Virus record (IMG/VR): IMGVR_UViG_3300025890_000019
Length of the DNA stretch: 42,634 bases
From: a virus
Direction: 5' to 3' (one strand)
Part shown: piece after piece, positions 20,114 to 29,663 of the stretch
How the letters are laid out: each line of letters starts with the position of its first letter
Position numbering within the stretch: position 1 is the first letter of the stretch
Position numbers and translations under genes: made by a program
The notes under the pieces: model-generated
Told to the model about the DNA's origin: nothing
Seen by the model: the letters and a program-made list of their open reading frames with translations, nothing else
Database searches by the model: none

Positions 20114-21597
20114 TATGTCCTCGCATTTTTAAATGTGTCTGGAATATTGATCGGTTCTGCAACCACAATATTCTCTTGTTCGCTTCTGTCTGTTTTAGCC
20201 AATGCAACTGCCATCGGATCAAAATTTTCATGATGGCTCCATGGCTCATGTTGTGGTACACGTTTCATGATGCTGTCATTTGCTTCGCCTGGAAGGCTCC
20301 AAGCCGCTAACGGCGGTACCGGTGTTGCGACAGCAATGCCACTGGCTAGATTTAATAACCCACCAACGTCTAAATTGATATTGCCACCAGCATAATGATT
20401 GGTTGTGCCTCCAACTGTGATTGTTTGTGCACCGCCCACTTCCACAGTTTGTGCTCCAGTGGTCAACAAGTTGTGTGTTGTGGATTCTTGATTCACTGTG
20501 GCACTTTTTAAATTGATGTCTCTACCTGCTTCTAGATTGAAATCTCTATCTGTTTTAAAGTTGAAATCTCCTTTGCTGTGTATACTCACAGAATCTTGTG
20601 CATAAAAATCTATTTTTCCATTGGCAGTCATTTCAATCCATGCTGTGCCGTTGGCATTGGCAATGTACACCAAGTCTTCTGAATTGTGCAACAACAACTG
20701 ATGTCCTGTACGTGTTCTTATTCTAAACAGTTCATTGTGAGGAGTATTTTTATCGCCTTCAATCACACCCTCACTGGTTTCAACATCCACATATTCCATT
20801 GGACCATCTTTGGCTTTTGTTTTTCTAATAAATTTGTCATCACCATCATCCATCACAAATGATGTACCGCCTGTACGTGCAGTTGCTATGGGTTGATTTT
20901 GTGTGAACACTTTGTCTATGGGTCCTGGTGTGTTTATGCCAAACACTGAAGAAGGCACTTCACGTCTTGCACTGGAAGTGGTTAGACCTCTGATTTCATC
21001 TGTTATCAAACCTTGATTGTCCAACACTGCTTTGAACAGTCTGTTGATTGGTTTTTTGATCTGTAAAGGTTTGTCCGCAGGTTTATCTGCAAATTTTAAT
21101 TTGTTGTGTTCGCCCACAGGCATTTTTTTGCCTCTGATGTCTGCATCTGCAGGATCTTCTTGATGTTCGGAATCTGTTGTGTCTGTGTTTGTCATGGCAG
21201 GCGTTGATCCTGGAATCATCACATTCATTAATTCTTGTGGAATACAACCAATCCAGTATGCTCTGTTGATGTTGCCTTCTATAAACATCACCATCACTGT
21301 GTTGCCCACATCAGGTGGCACAAACCACATGCCGTAACTCTGTTGACTGTCTCTGGCGTCTTTGTTTTTGTTCAATCCTGCCACGTTGGTTGTGCCGTAG
21401 AACGGACTGAGATATTTTGCTGTGATGAATTGTCCTGTGGTAGTGGCATTGCCTGAATCCAATGTTTTAACCAATTCAACTTCGATTGCACCACTGTATT
21501 TGGGATCCAACACATTTCTCACAATGGCTTCAAAAGGTCCTTGATTTGATTTAGGATCTATTGAGTGTGATTTTCGTGTGTTTAAATTTTTTGCCAT
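20113..21597 (-). CDS. gp5: Central baseplate spike, gp5/VgrG-like (OB-fold plus beta-helix; no lysozyme domain recognised)
   Basis: VRNVLDP...G.IEV and GMWFVPPDVG..V.V.FIEG.....YWIG OB-fold motifs; RTRTGHQLLL; C-terminal 8-residue repeats (TGAQTVEV GGAQTITV GGTTNHYA); followed by PAAR. Confidence 0.8.
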   Translation of the reverse strand: MAKNLNTRKSHSIDPKSNQGPFEAIVRNVLDPKYSGAIEVELVKTLDSGNATTTGQFITAKYLSPFYGTTNVAGLNKNKDARDSQQSYGMWFVPPDVGNTVMVMFIEGNINRAYWIGCIPQELMNVMIPGSTPAMTNTDTTDSEHQEDPADADIRGKKMPVGEHNKLKFADKPADKPLQIKKPINRLFKAVLDNQGLITDEIRGLTTSSARREVPSSVFGINTPGPIDKVFTQNQPIATARTGGTSFVMDDGDDKFIRKTKAKDGPMEYVDVETSEGVIEGDKNTPHNELFRIRTRTGHQLLLHNSEDLVYIANANGTAWIEMTANGKIDFYAQDSVSIHSKGDFNFKTDRDFNLEAGRDINLKSATVNQESTTHNLLTTGAQTVEVGGAQTITVGGTTNHYAGGNINLDVGGLLNLASGIAVATPVPPLAAWSLPGEANDSIMKRVPQHEPWSHHENFDPMAVALAKTDRSEQENIVVAEPINIPDTFKNART

Positions 21598-24029
21598 TAG
21601 TCTTTACTGTTCTTTTTTTGAACTTTTTTCTTGTTGCCAGAACCTTCCGTAGCATTCAATGTCATGTTGGACTGTCTGTTTATTCTCAATGTTTGCTCAA
21701 ACTTACCTTGTTGGAAACTGCTCACGATTGTTTGAACTTGATATACGCCGCTGAATTCACCCAATCTAATTGTTTCTCCTGCTCCATTTTCGTATGCTCC
21801 ACCTTGAGGGAAAATTAAATTATCACCACCTGGTTGATAATCAATTGGTGTTTGAAAATTCATTTCTATAAAACAATAAGTGTCTTGATAATTTATTTCT
21901 CCTCTGCCGTTACCATTATTTTTTTGAGTGGCAGAAGTTGTGGCATATGGTCTAGGATCCACAAAAAATCTTGTGGGTTCATCTGAATTCATCATTGCAC
22001 TTGCTGGTAGGAAATAAGGATCACCGATTATTGTTAAATCCATTAGAATCAAATCCGATATTCCACCATTGATGATTCTATCATTCATGGCTCTAGCAAC
22101 TTTTAATTCTACACTTTCATTTTCTGTTCCGTCACCCGTTTGAGTGGCTTGAGGTTTTATTGCTCTAGCACTTATCGAGCCTGCTTTATCTTCCTTGGAA
22201 TCTACTATATCAAATACAACACTAGGTGTAGCAGTAGCATTCTTTTCGATGCTCTTATTACCTCCTGCAGATGAAGATGACGAACTTTTATAAAGATTTT
22301 TAGGCAGTTCATTGTAAAAACCAAAATTGTAAGTTAGATCAAAATCTAATACATCTTTGTTCAGTCCAGTGTACAAATAATTGTATCCTTTTACAATGTT
22401 TTGTCTAACTACCGAATAACCTGATGGCAAAGAAGTATCATCATCAAATATAGTGTCAGGCACTTGATAAGGCACTATGCTGAAAACATTTAATCTAGGA
22501 TGAACATTTACTTGCTTTTTGAAAAATTGATCCTGCAGTTGAAAACATTTGGTTCTGACTCTGAACCAAGGATGTTTACCTGGCTGTTTGTTTTTCATTT
22601 CGTCCGGATTTTTTGTTAAATTCTTAGCATATTCACTCAACAGTATCACCGTTTCAATTATGTCTGAAACCCGAGTACCTTTTTTAAAACTCAGAGTCAT
22701 CTGTTTCAAATCTAAAGTGATACCATCTCTAGTAAAAGTTTTTTTGCGTTTGTCGTATTTTTCTTCAAAATTAGGAAATCTTTTACCAATAATAGCCATG
22801 TTGTTTTCATTGATAGCCATCTTTGATGCTCCAATCTCGTTGCCTAAAAAAGTTGCGTTTGGTCCTTCACCATCAGTTTGAAACACTCTTACTCCTTGTC
22901 CACTTGTACCAGTGAATTCATTGGTCACTCGCACATCTTTTCCCAGCAGTGTTTCCACAACTATGTCTCTTTTTTCAGTGTTAAAGTAGTAATCACCCTG
23001 TTCACCTGTAGACCATCTGTCAGCAACTATGGCCCTATCTTTCAAAGTTAATTTTCTCTGTTCTTCTGTGTATTCAATTTGTGAGTTCTTAGGAAAATAT
23101 ATTACATAATCATCCTGTGCCACTGTGGCAAGTTTTTCTTTTTTCTTGGCTTTTTTGTCTAAGTCTTCGCCTTTAAAATTTAATTGTCCCATCAAACTGT
23201 CATCGCCCACCTGCATCATTTCATAAACAGTTTTACCTGCCAGTGTGATGTCAGTGTCTATTACGTTATTAATATCCTGTACTGGAGTTTGTGTCCAAGG
23301 TGAGGCTTCACAATCATACACAGCACCTGCCTGGCTGGCTCTTATAGCCGCTTTTGTCATTTGAATAGGCATAACTTTTCGTAGATTGTTATTTCTAAAA
23401 ATTTTACCGGTTGCATCTACACCAACAAAATCCACTATCAAGGCATACGGTGCTTGTAAATATTGAGCATTGCCATCGTCTGATGCTTTGGCGGCTTGTA
23501 TCGCCATAGTCTGTAAAAATAAACCAATACTGTAAGGTTCTGTCACAGTAAAGCGAATTTTATCTTTTTGTGTGAATTTTGTTTTTGGACTAGGTGACAC
23601 CTGAGATTCTACTTCAACATTATCTATAAAGTATTCAAGATTGACTCCTGCTTGTTTGTAGAAAGTAACTTCTTCTATTTTGCCTTTACCAGTGGAATGT
23701 GCAATAGGATGCAGAGGCATTCTGTTATAAAGTAAGTTGGGAAAGTTTACTTCTTCCACTGTAAGTGCCGCCAGTGTGAATACAGCATTGTAGGATTCAT
23801 AGTCATGCAGAGGATTATCTATAAAGTCTCTTACATATTGTTTTACTATGACTTTGGGTTTTTCATCTTTTTTCCCATCAATGTTGCCACCTGTTGCTTC
23901 AACCACAGCCGCTCGTTTTTTTTCATCTATACTTAATGTTGCACTATCTATTTTTGTGCCGACACCTTCTTCAACTGTAATTTTTGCGTTATCAGTGGTT
24001 ACATTTAACCCATCTAGATAATCAGACAT
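21597..24029 (-). CDS. Putative baseplate hub protein (gp27/gpD-like, 810 aa)
   Basis: Lies between the gp53-like and gp5-like genes. C-terminal LTIIGDPYF and FSGVYQV.TIVSSF..GKFEQTL resemble hub-protein C-termini. Confidence 0.6.
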   Translation of the reverse strand: MSDYLDGLNVTTDNAKITVEEGVGTKIDSATLSIDEKKRAAVVEATGGNIDGKKDEKPKVIVKQYVRDFIDNPLHDYESYNAVFTLAALTVEEVNFPNLLYNRMPLHPIAHSTGKGKIEEVTFYKQAGVNLEYFIDNVEVESQVSPSPKTKFTQKDKIRFTVTEPYSIGLFLQTMAIQAAKASDDGNAQYLQAPYALIVDFVGVDATGKIFRNNNLRKVMPIQMTKAAIRASQAGAVYDCEASPWTQTPVQDINNVIDTDITLAGKTVYEMMQVGDDSLMGQLNFKGEDLDKKAKKKEKLATVAQDDYVIYFPKNSQIEYTEEQRKLTLKDRAIVADRWSTGEQGDYYFNTEKRDIVVETLLGKDVRVTNEFTGTSGQGVRVFQTDGEGPNATFLGNEIGASKMAINENNMAIIGKRFPNFEEKYDKRKKTFTRDGITLDLKQMTLSFKKGTRVSDIIETVILLSEYAKNLTKNPDEMKNKQPGKHPWFRVRTKCFQLQDQFFKKQVNVHPRLNVFSIVPYQVPDTIFDDDTSLPSGYSVVRQNIVKGYNYLYTGLNKDVLDFDLTYNFGFYNELPKNLYKSSSSSSAGGNKSIEKNATATPSVVFDIVDSKEDKAGSISARAIKPQATQTGDGTENESVELKVARAMNDRIINGGISDLILMDLTIIGDPYFLPASAMMNSDEPTRFFVDPRPYATTSATQKNNGNGRGEINYQDTYCFIEMNFQTPIDYQPGGDNLIFPQGGAYENGAGETIRLGEFSGVYQVQTIVSSFQQGKFEQTLRINRQSNMTLNATEGSGNKKKVQKKNSKD

Positions 24030-24030
24030 T

Positions 24031-24333
24031 CTAAACTCCCAGTGCGTCTTTAAGAGCAGGTCCTTGTGGAATATAAATTTCTAAGCCAGGAATAAGATCG
24101 TAAACTGGATCAGAAATTTTGTCCATGTTGCGTTGAGCAAACACCCACCATAGTTTTTCGTTGCCGTAAAGATCATAAGCCAACAAGTCTGGTCTATGAT
24201 TGTACTGTGATTCTATTGTGTACAACACATCATCTGTTTGTGCTGGAATAGGACGTATAGTTAATGTATCAAGATATTGATTATCAATTATCCTTGTAGA
24301 TGCATACGGACTTGAATTATTAAAAAATCCCAT
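24031..24333 (-). CDS. gp53: Baseplate wedge protein, gp53/LysM-like (100 aa)
   Basis: Y.I....HRPDLLAYDLYG...LWWVFA..N...DP...PG..IYIP motif. Confidence 0.78.
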   Translation of the reverse strand: MGFFNNSSPYASTRIIDNQYLDTLTIRPIPAQTDDVLYTIESQYNHRPDLLAYDLYGNEKLWWVFAQRNMDKISDPVYDLIPGLEIYIPQGPALKDALGV

Positions 24334-25259
24334 TAAATAAATCCTGATCCTTTTGTGCCACCATTTTTCACAAAATCAGCAAGATCAAATTGTGCTTGTC
24401 TTGTTCTGCTGTATTGTGGTACAATACCCACAGTGATCAAACTTTCTGTTGGTGCCCAAGCATATGTTCCAGTTTTTGAAATATCTCCATCCGCAGAAAC
24501 TGATTCTTCACCAGTTGCACTTAATTGTGTACTGATGTAATCAACGTCTTCTTTCAAATCAAATTGAAAGTTTGTGATCAATACAGGTACATCTTTGAAA
24601 GTGAAATCTCCGTATCCGTTTAAACGCACCACTGGAGGTGGAGCGCCTTTGTTTGGTGATAGTCCATAACTCATTTTTGTCATCGATCTCAAGTAATGCA
24701 CAGCCGCTACCCAGTATTGTGCTTCTTGTTGATTCTGCACATAAAAGTGAGCAGTGATTGTCATTTGATCCACACGTGAATTTTCATAAGCATAAAACGG
24801 ATAGTTGGTGTGTACCGGTTGCATTGGATTCCAATTGGCTGAATGTGATGCTAAAATTGTAGGAGTGTAAGGAAAAACTAATTTGTTGCCAGTTCTTTTC
24901 AAAGGATCCAACAATGTCTTTTCGCCACCTATAATTTCTTTAATCTGTTGCGGCATTGACAAACTGACACGCCAATCTTGGTCGCCTGATGCTGTACCAC
25001 CATTTGTTTTCATTGTGATAGCAGGTGCAGATTTATCAAATTTAAATACACCGTTAGTAATTTTTTTCAAATCACCTTTAAGTCGTTTGGCTCTTCCAAA
25101 AGCAAAACTGGAAACTGTTTCCATTGTTTTACCCAATGTGTCGAGTTGTGTGTTTAAGAAACCGGCTCCATTTTGGGCTATATCAGTACCTATTGTTTTG
25201 AAGTCTGTAGCCTTGTCTTGAACCAATTGTGTCGCGTTTTTTAAAAAATTGTCTTCCAT
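24333..25259 (-). CDS. Putative tail-tube initiator/baseplate-tube junction protein (gp48/gp54-like)
   Basis: LVFPYTP.I, HYLRSMTKM.YG, GAPPPVVRLNGYG...F.DVPV.ITNF motifs of tube-initiator proteins. Start revised from the track's TTG 25277 to ATG 25259, which lies 5 nt after TAAATA. Confidence 0.65.
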   Translation of the reverse strand: MEDNFLKNATQLVQDKATDFKTIGTDIAQNGAGFLNTQLDTLGKTMETVSSFAFGRAKRLKGDLKKITNGVFKFDKSAPAITMKTNGGTASGDQDWRVSLSMPQQIKEIIGGEKTLLDPLKRTGNKLVFPYTPTILASHSANWNPMQPVHTNYPFYAYENSRVDQMTITAHFYVQNQQEAQYWVAAVHYLRSMTKMSYGLSPNKGAPPPVVRLNGYGDFTFKDVPVLITNFQFDLKEDVDYISTQLSATGEESVSADGDISKTGTYAWAPTESLITVGIVPQYSRTRQAQFDLADFVKNGGTKGSGFI

Positions 25260-25270
25260 ACATTTATTTA

Positions 25271-25299
25271 TTGACAAAATTAACTGAGTAGTTTATAAT
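25271..25299 (+). promoter_or_regulatory. Consensus sigma70-type (early) promoter for gp55
   Basis: TTGACA (25271-25276), 17-bp spacer, TATAAT (25294-25299); AAGGA RBS before ATG 25326. Confidence 0.85.
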
Positions 25300-25325
25300 G
25301 AAGAGATATATAACAAGGAATAACA

Positions 25326-26171
25326 ATGAAAAAAGTCAATTACTTAAACAACAGAGACCTTTTGTCAGAAATTCATAAGTCTAAGACTTCGTTTTGCAGT
25401 TTTTTAGATGATGAGTACAGTGAATACCATTTAATTGTGAAAGATGTAGACGCAATAAACATCAGAACTGTGGCACAAGCCAAAAGATACAAAGCAAAAA
25501 AATTAACACAGCAAGACTATGAAAGACGCAAGAAACTGGATCCAAAAACCAAATTGAGCGAGTGTGAAATAGATTATAGGAAAATAGACAAAGATGATGT
25601 GGTTTTCAGAGTGATGACTTTTGATCATGTGCCTGATGAACCTGGCAGAAAAAAGAATCCAAAAACAATAGCAGATGGCAAAACCAAAGTGAACTTTCCA
25701 CCATTCCAACATTGGAAGTATGATAAAAAAGGAAATCTTATATGCGTGGGCAAAAGTCATTGGGAAGGCGGATTAGAAAACGGCAAATTCAACAAAGAAT
25801 CTGGCAGAGCCACCAATGAGTTGGCAAGGATGTGGATGAAATTGTGTGAACGTTATGGAACAAGAGGTAACGTGAGAGGTTACACCTACAATGACGAAAT
25901 GCAAGGACAAGCCATATTGCAATTGGCACAGATTGGTTTACAGTTTGATGAATCTAAATCAAACAATCCATTTGCATATTACACAGCGGCAGTTACTAAT
26001 TCGTTTGTAAGAATTATCAATATTGAAAAACGTAATCAAAATATTAGAGATGATATTCTGGAACTTAACAATATGATGCCTAGTATGTCGCGTCAGACTC
26101 AAGGCGATTCAGGTGCACCAAAGACTGCAAACAAATCGGCTCCCAAACCCAAAGCCGCCAAAAAAAAGTAG
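25326..26171 (+). CDS. gp55: Late-transcription sigma factor, T4 gp55-like
   Basis: NYLNNRDLL..I N-terminus; N.RGYTYNDEM...A..QL....L.FDESKSNNPFAYYT....NSF.R.I..EKR.Q.I; adjacent to gp47/gp46 as in T4-like phages. Confidence 0.88.
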   Translation: MKKVNYLNNRDLLSEIHKSKTSFCSFLDDEYSEYHLIVKDVDAINIRTVAQAKRYKAKKLTQQDYERRKKLDPKTKLSECEIDYRKIDKDDVVFRVMTFDHVPDEPGRKKNPKTIADGKTKVNFPPFQHWKYDKKGNLICVGKSHWEGGLENGKFNKESGRATNELARMWMKLCERYGTRGNVRGYTYNDEMQGQAILQLAQIGLQFDESKSNNPFAYYTAAVTNSFVRIINIEKRNQNIRDDILELNNMMPSMSRQTQGDSGAPKTANKSAPKPKAAKKK

Positions 26172-26200
26172 TTGACAAATACAACAGTTTCGTGTATTCT
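26172..26200 (+). promoter_or_regulatory. Sigma70-type promoter for gp47-gp46
   Basis: TTGACA (26172-26177), 17 bp, TATTCT (26195-26200); AGGAG at 26211-26215 before the TTG start at 26222. Confidence 0.7.
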
Positions 26201-26221
26201 AAAGAAAAGTAGGAGATTATT

Positions 26222-27241
26222 TTGTTCAAGAAATTAGCAGTTTTTACCGACATTCATTTCGGATTAAAATCCAATAGTAAATTACACAACGATGACTGTG
26301 AAGAATTTGTTGATTGGTACATCGAACTAGCAAAGAAACATGGCTGTGAAACAGGATTGTTTTGTGGCGATTGGCATCACAACAGAAACAGTGTGAACAT
26401 AACCACTATGGATGCTTCTATTAGATGTTTAGAAAAATTAGGAAAAGCATTTGATAAATTTTATTTCTTTCCAGGCAATCATGACTTGTATTACAAAGAC
26501 AGCAGAGACATTCAGTCAGTAGAATTTGGCAGATTTATTCCAGGCATCACCATGGTAACTGAAATTACAAAAATAGATGATACTATTTTAGTGCCTTGGT
26601 TAGTAGGCAATGAATGGAAAAAAGTTGGTGGTATGGAATGCAAATACATGTTTGGTCATTTTGAATTACCCAACTTCTTTATGAATGCAATGGTAGAAAT
26701 GCCAGACACAGGAGAATTACGTCCAAGCGATTTTAAAAAACAAGAATATGTTTTCTCTGGACATTTTCATAAAAGACAAGTAAAAAATAATATTCACTAT
26801 TTAGGTAATCCTTTTCCACACAATTATGCAGATGTAGATGATGATGAACGTGGCATGATGATACTAGAACATGGCACAGAGCCTGTGTATTTCAATTGGG
26901 AAAATTGTCCCAAGTATAGAAATGTAAAATTAAGCACATTGTTGGACAAGACCAAAGAGATTATGAAAAAGAAGATGCATCTAAGAGTTACATTGGATAT
27001 TGATATCAGTTTTGAAGAAGCCAGTTATATCAAAGAAACTTTTATGAAAGAATATAATTGCAGAGAAATAACACTAATTCCAAGCAAACAAGAAGAAGAA
27101 ATTAACACAGAACTTGATATCACAAAGTTTGAAAGTGTGGATCAAATCGTTTCTAAAGAAATTGAAACAATTGAATCGGACGCATATGATAAATCGGTGT
27201 TGCTTAGAATATTTAGAGATTTAAACAATGATACTGATTAA
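26222..27241 (+). CDS. gp47: Recombination nuclease subunit, gp47 (Mre11/SbcD-like metallophosphoesterase)
   Basis: TDIHFG, GDWHH, GNHD, GHFE and SGHFH motifs; TTG start with strong RBS. Confidence 0.92.
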   Translation: MFKKLAVFTDIHFGLKSNSKLHNDDCEEFVDWYIELAKKHGCETGLFCGDWHHNRNSVNITTMDASIRCLEKLGKAFDKFYFFPGNHDLYYKDSRDIQSVEFGRFIPGITMVTEITKIDDTILVPWLVGNEWKKVGGMECKYMFGHFELPNFFMNAMVEMPDTGELRPSDFKKQEYVFSGHFHKRQVKNNIHYLGNPFPHNYADVDDDERGMMILEHGTEPVYFNWENCPKYRNVKLSTLLDKTKEIMKKKMHLRVTLDIDISFEEASYIKETFMKEYNCREITLIPSKQEEEINTELDITKFESVDQIVSKEIETIESDAYDKSVLLRIFRDLNNDTD

Positions 27242-29012
27242 AACATTAACTGTTAAAAATTTTATGAGTGTGGGAAACCAAACTCAAGCAATAGATTTTC
27301 AACAAAAATTATTAACATTGGTGCTAGGTGAAAACTTGGACATGGGTGGTGATGATGCAGGTTCACGTAATGGTACAGGTAAAACTACCATTGTGAATGC
27401 ACTGTGTTACGCACTGTATGGTGAAGCACTTACAAAAATACGTAAAGACAATCTTGTGAACAAAACCAACGGCAAAGCCATGTTGGTCACAATAGCATTT
27501 GAAAAAGATGGTGTGAACTACAGAGTAGAACGTGGTAGAAAACCCAATGTGATGAAATATTACATAGATGAGCAAGAACAAGAATTATCAGATGTTAGTC
27601 AAGGAGATTCACGTAAGACACAAGAAGATTTGAACAAAATGATTGGCATGAATCCAAAAATGTTCAAACACATTGTGGCATTGAACACATACACACAACC
27701 ATTCTTAAGTTTACACAACAATGAACAACAAGAAATAATTGAACAACTGTTGGGAATACAATTACTGTCTGAGAAAGCAGATATTTTAAAAACACACATC
27801 AAACGTTCAAAAGAAGATATTGCTTTAGAAACAGCACGTTTAGAAGGTTTAAAAATCAGTAATGAAAAAGTTGAAGAAACAATTCACAGTTTAAACAACA
27901 AAAGCAGTGCTTGGCAAAATCAAAACAGCACAGACATAGAAAAATTAGATAGAAATTTAAAAGAATTAGAAAGTGTAGACATCGATTCTGAATTAGAAAC
28001 ACATCAAAAATTAGAAGATTGGACCAAACTGAATGATGTACTAAATCAATTGCAAAAAGACAGAGCTGGTTTAGAATCCACCATTGAACAAGCAGACAAA
28101 ACAGCAAAAAAATTACATGATGATTTAGAAAAACTTAATCACAAAGCCACTTGTTATGCATGTGGTCAGGACCTTCCTCAAGACAAAATTGAAGAAATGC
28201 AGAAAACATTGGAAGAAGAATATGGAGAATCCAACAGTTATGTGATGGAGTTGGCACAACAATTGGAACAAACTGTGAAAGATATCGAAGCAGTAGGCGA
28301 CATGGATCAAAGACCAAACACATATTATGACACAATCAAAGAAGCATATGATCACAGACAATATGTAGATTCAATCAAAACAGCACTTGCAAATAAAAAA
28401 GATGAATCTAATCCATATCTAGATCAAATAGATGAATTAAAAAATCAAGCAGTACAGGAAATAAATTGGGACACAGCAAACACATTGCAAAAATTAAAAG
28501 AACATCAAGAGTTCTTGTACAAATTATTAACAAACAAAGATTCTTTCATAAGAAAAAAGATAATTGATCAAAATTTAACCTTCTTGAACAACAGGTTAAC
28601 TCACTACTTGGATCAATTGGGTCTTCCACACTTGGTCACATTTAAAAATGATTTAAGTGTGGAGATCACTCAACTGGGACAGGAATTAGATTTTGACAAT
28701 TTGAGTAGAGGTGAAAGAAACAGATTGATATTGGGTTTAAGTTTTGCATTCAGAGATGTGTGGGAAAACTTGTATCAAAATATCAACTTGTTGTTCTTGG
28801 ATGAATTGATAGATTCTGGAATGGATTCAGCAGGTGTTGAAAGCAGTTTGGCTATTCTGAAGAAAATGAGCAGAGAGTCCGGCAAAAACATATTCTTGAT
28901 ATCACACAAAGATGAATTAATGGGCAGAGTGAACAATGTGCTTAAGGTTGTAAAAGAAAACGGCTTCACAGCATATGCTAATGACGTGGAAACATATGAC
29001 CATACAAGATGA
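27228..29012 (+). CDS. gp46: Recombination ATPase subunit, gp46 (Rad50/SbcC-like)
   Basis: KNFMS, Walker A NGTGKT, coiled coil with zinc hook CYAC, signature LSRGE, Walker B LFLDE, H-loop ISH. Confidence 0.93.
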   Translation: MILIKTLTVKNFMSVGNQTQAIDFQQKLLTLVLGENLDMGGDDAGSRNGTGKTTIVNALCYALYGEALTKIRKDNLVNKTNGKAMLVTIAFEKDGVNYRVERGRKPNVMKYYIDEQEQELSDVSQGDSRKTQEDLNKMIGMNPKMFKHIVALNTYTQPFLSLHNNEQQEIIEQLLGIQLLSEKADILKTHIKRSKEDIALETARLEGLKISNEKVEETIHSLNNKSSAWQNQNSTDIEKLDRNLKELESVDIDSELETHQKLEDWTKLNDVLNQLQKDRAGLESTIEQADKTAKKLHDDLEKLNHKATCYACGQDLPQDKIEEMQKTLEEEYGESNSYVMELAQQLEQTVKDIEAVGDMDQRPNTYYDTIKEAYDHRQYVDSIKTALANKKDESNPYLDQIDELKNQAVQEINWDTANTLQKLKEHQEFLYKLLTNKDSFIRKKIIDQNLTFLNNRLTHYLDQLGLPHLVTFKNDLSVEITQLGQELDFDNLSRGERNRLILGLSFAFRDVWENLYQNINLLFLDELIDSGMDSAGVESSLAILKKMSRESGKNIFLISHKDELMGRVNNVLKVVKENGFTAYANDVETYDHTR

Positions 29013-29214
29013 CACACACGACAAGCTCACTAAGGCATACATGGAGTATTTCAAGGCAAACGAGTTGTTTGCTAAAAGGCGAAGCCTTTCCACAAAAGTA
29101 GCCGCTAGAAAGGCACTAGCGGAAATTAGAATTTTGGCACGTCTAAGACGTAAAGAGATAGAAGAACAATATAAAGTGTCCAAGATCCACAAACAGCAAC
29201 AGCGAAAAAAATAA
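28996..29214 (+). CDS. Small basic helical protein, possibly Hc1 (histone H1-like) family
   Basis: MTIQDDTHDKLTKAYMEYFKANELF...KVAARKALAEIRILARLRRKEIEE; K/R-rich and recalls the Hc1 N-terminal helical domain. Start taken at ATG 28996. Confidence 0.5.
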   Translation: MTIQDDTHDKLTKAYMEYFKANELFAKRRSLSTKVAARKALAEIRILARLRRKEIEEQYKVSKIHKQQQRKK

Positions 29215-29231
29215 TCAGTAAGTATGTCCAT

Positions 29232-29663
29232 ATGCCATGGACTTATCAGGGTAAACCCATTCACACACTGCCAGAAGACTGCGAAGGATTTGTGTATCTA
29301 ATCACAAACACAACCAACGGTAGACAGTATGTGGGCAAAAAACTGGCGAAATTCAAGAAGACACGTCCACCTCTCAAGGGTAGGATAAACAAACGTAGAA
29401 GCAAAGTTGAATCTGACTGGAAAGACTATTGGGGTTCCTCAGATCATCTAAATGCTGACGTGGCAGAATTAGGCGAAGACAAGTTTACAAAAGAAATATT
29501 GTACATTTGCAACACAAGAGGCGTAATGAGTTATCTCGAAGCTCGAGAACAATTCGAAAGGCGAGTATTAGAATCCGACGATTATTACAATGGTATCATC
29601 AATGTTAGAGTTGGTGGTTCCCGAATCCTAAAAGAAGAACTAAAAAATTACAAGAAGGCTTAA
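29232..29663 (+). CDS. GIY-YIG endonuclease, T4 endonuclease II (DenA)-like, 143 aa
   Basis: GFVYLITN..NGRQYVGKK (GIY-YIG core), W..YWGSS, F.KEIL, catalytic Glu in YLEAREQ, YYNG.I. Stand-alone catalytic domain. Confidence 0.8.
   Translation: MPWTYQGKPIHTLPEDCEGFVYLITNTTNGRQYVGKKLAKFKKTRPPLKGRINKRRSKVESDWKDYWGSSDHLNADVAELGEDKFTKEILYICNTRGVMSYLEAREQFERRVLESDDYYNGIINVRVGGSRILKEELKNYKKA

Noticed and set aside
1315-25221. Many 60-160-aa plus-strand ORFs antisense to the baseplate genes (e.g. 5218-5694, 18519-19010)
   Set aside because: Fully nested opposite well-supported genes, with no RBS or recognisable motifs; expected shadow ORFs.
29232-29663. GIY-YIG gene as a mobile homing endonuclease or intron ORF
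   Set aside because: Only 143 aa with no C-terminal DNA-binding repeats and no split flanking gene; resembles EndoII-type stand-alone nucleases.
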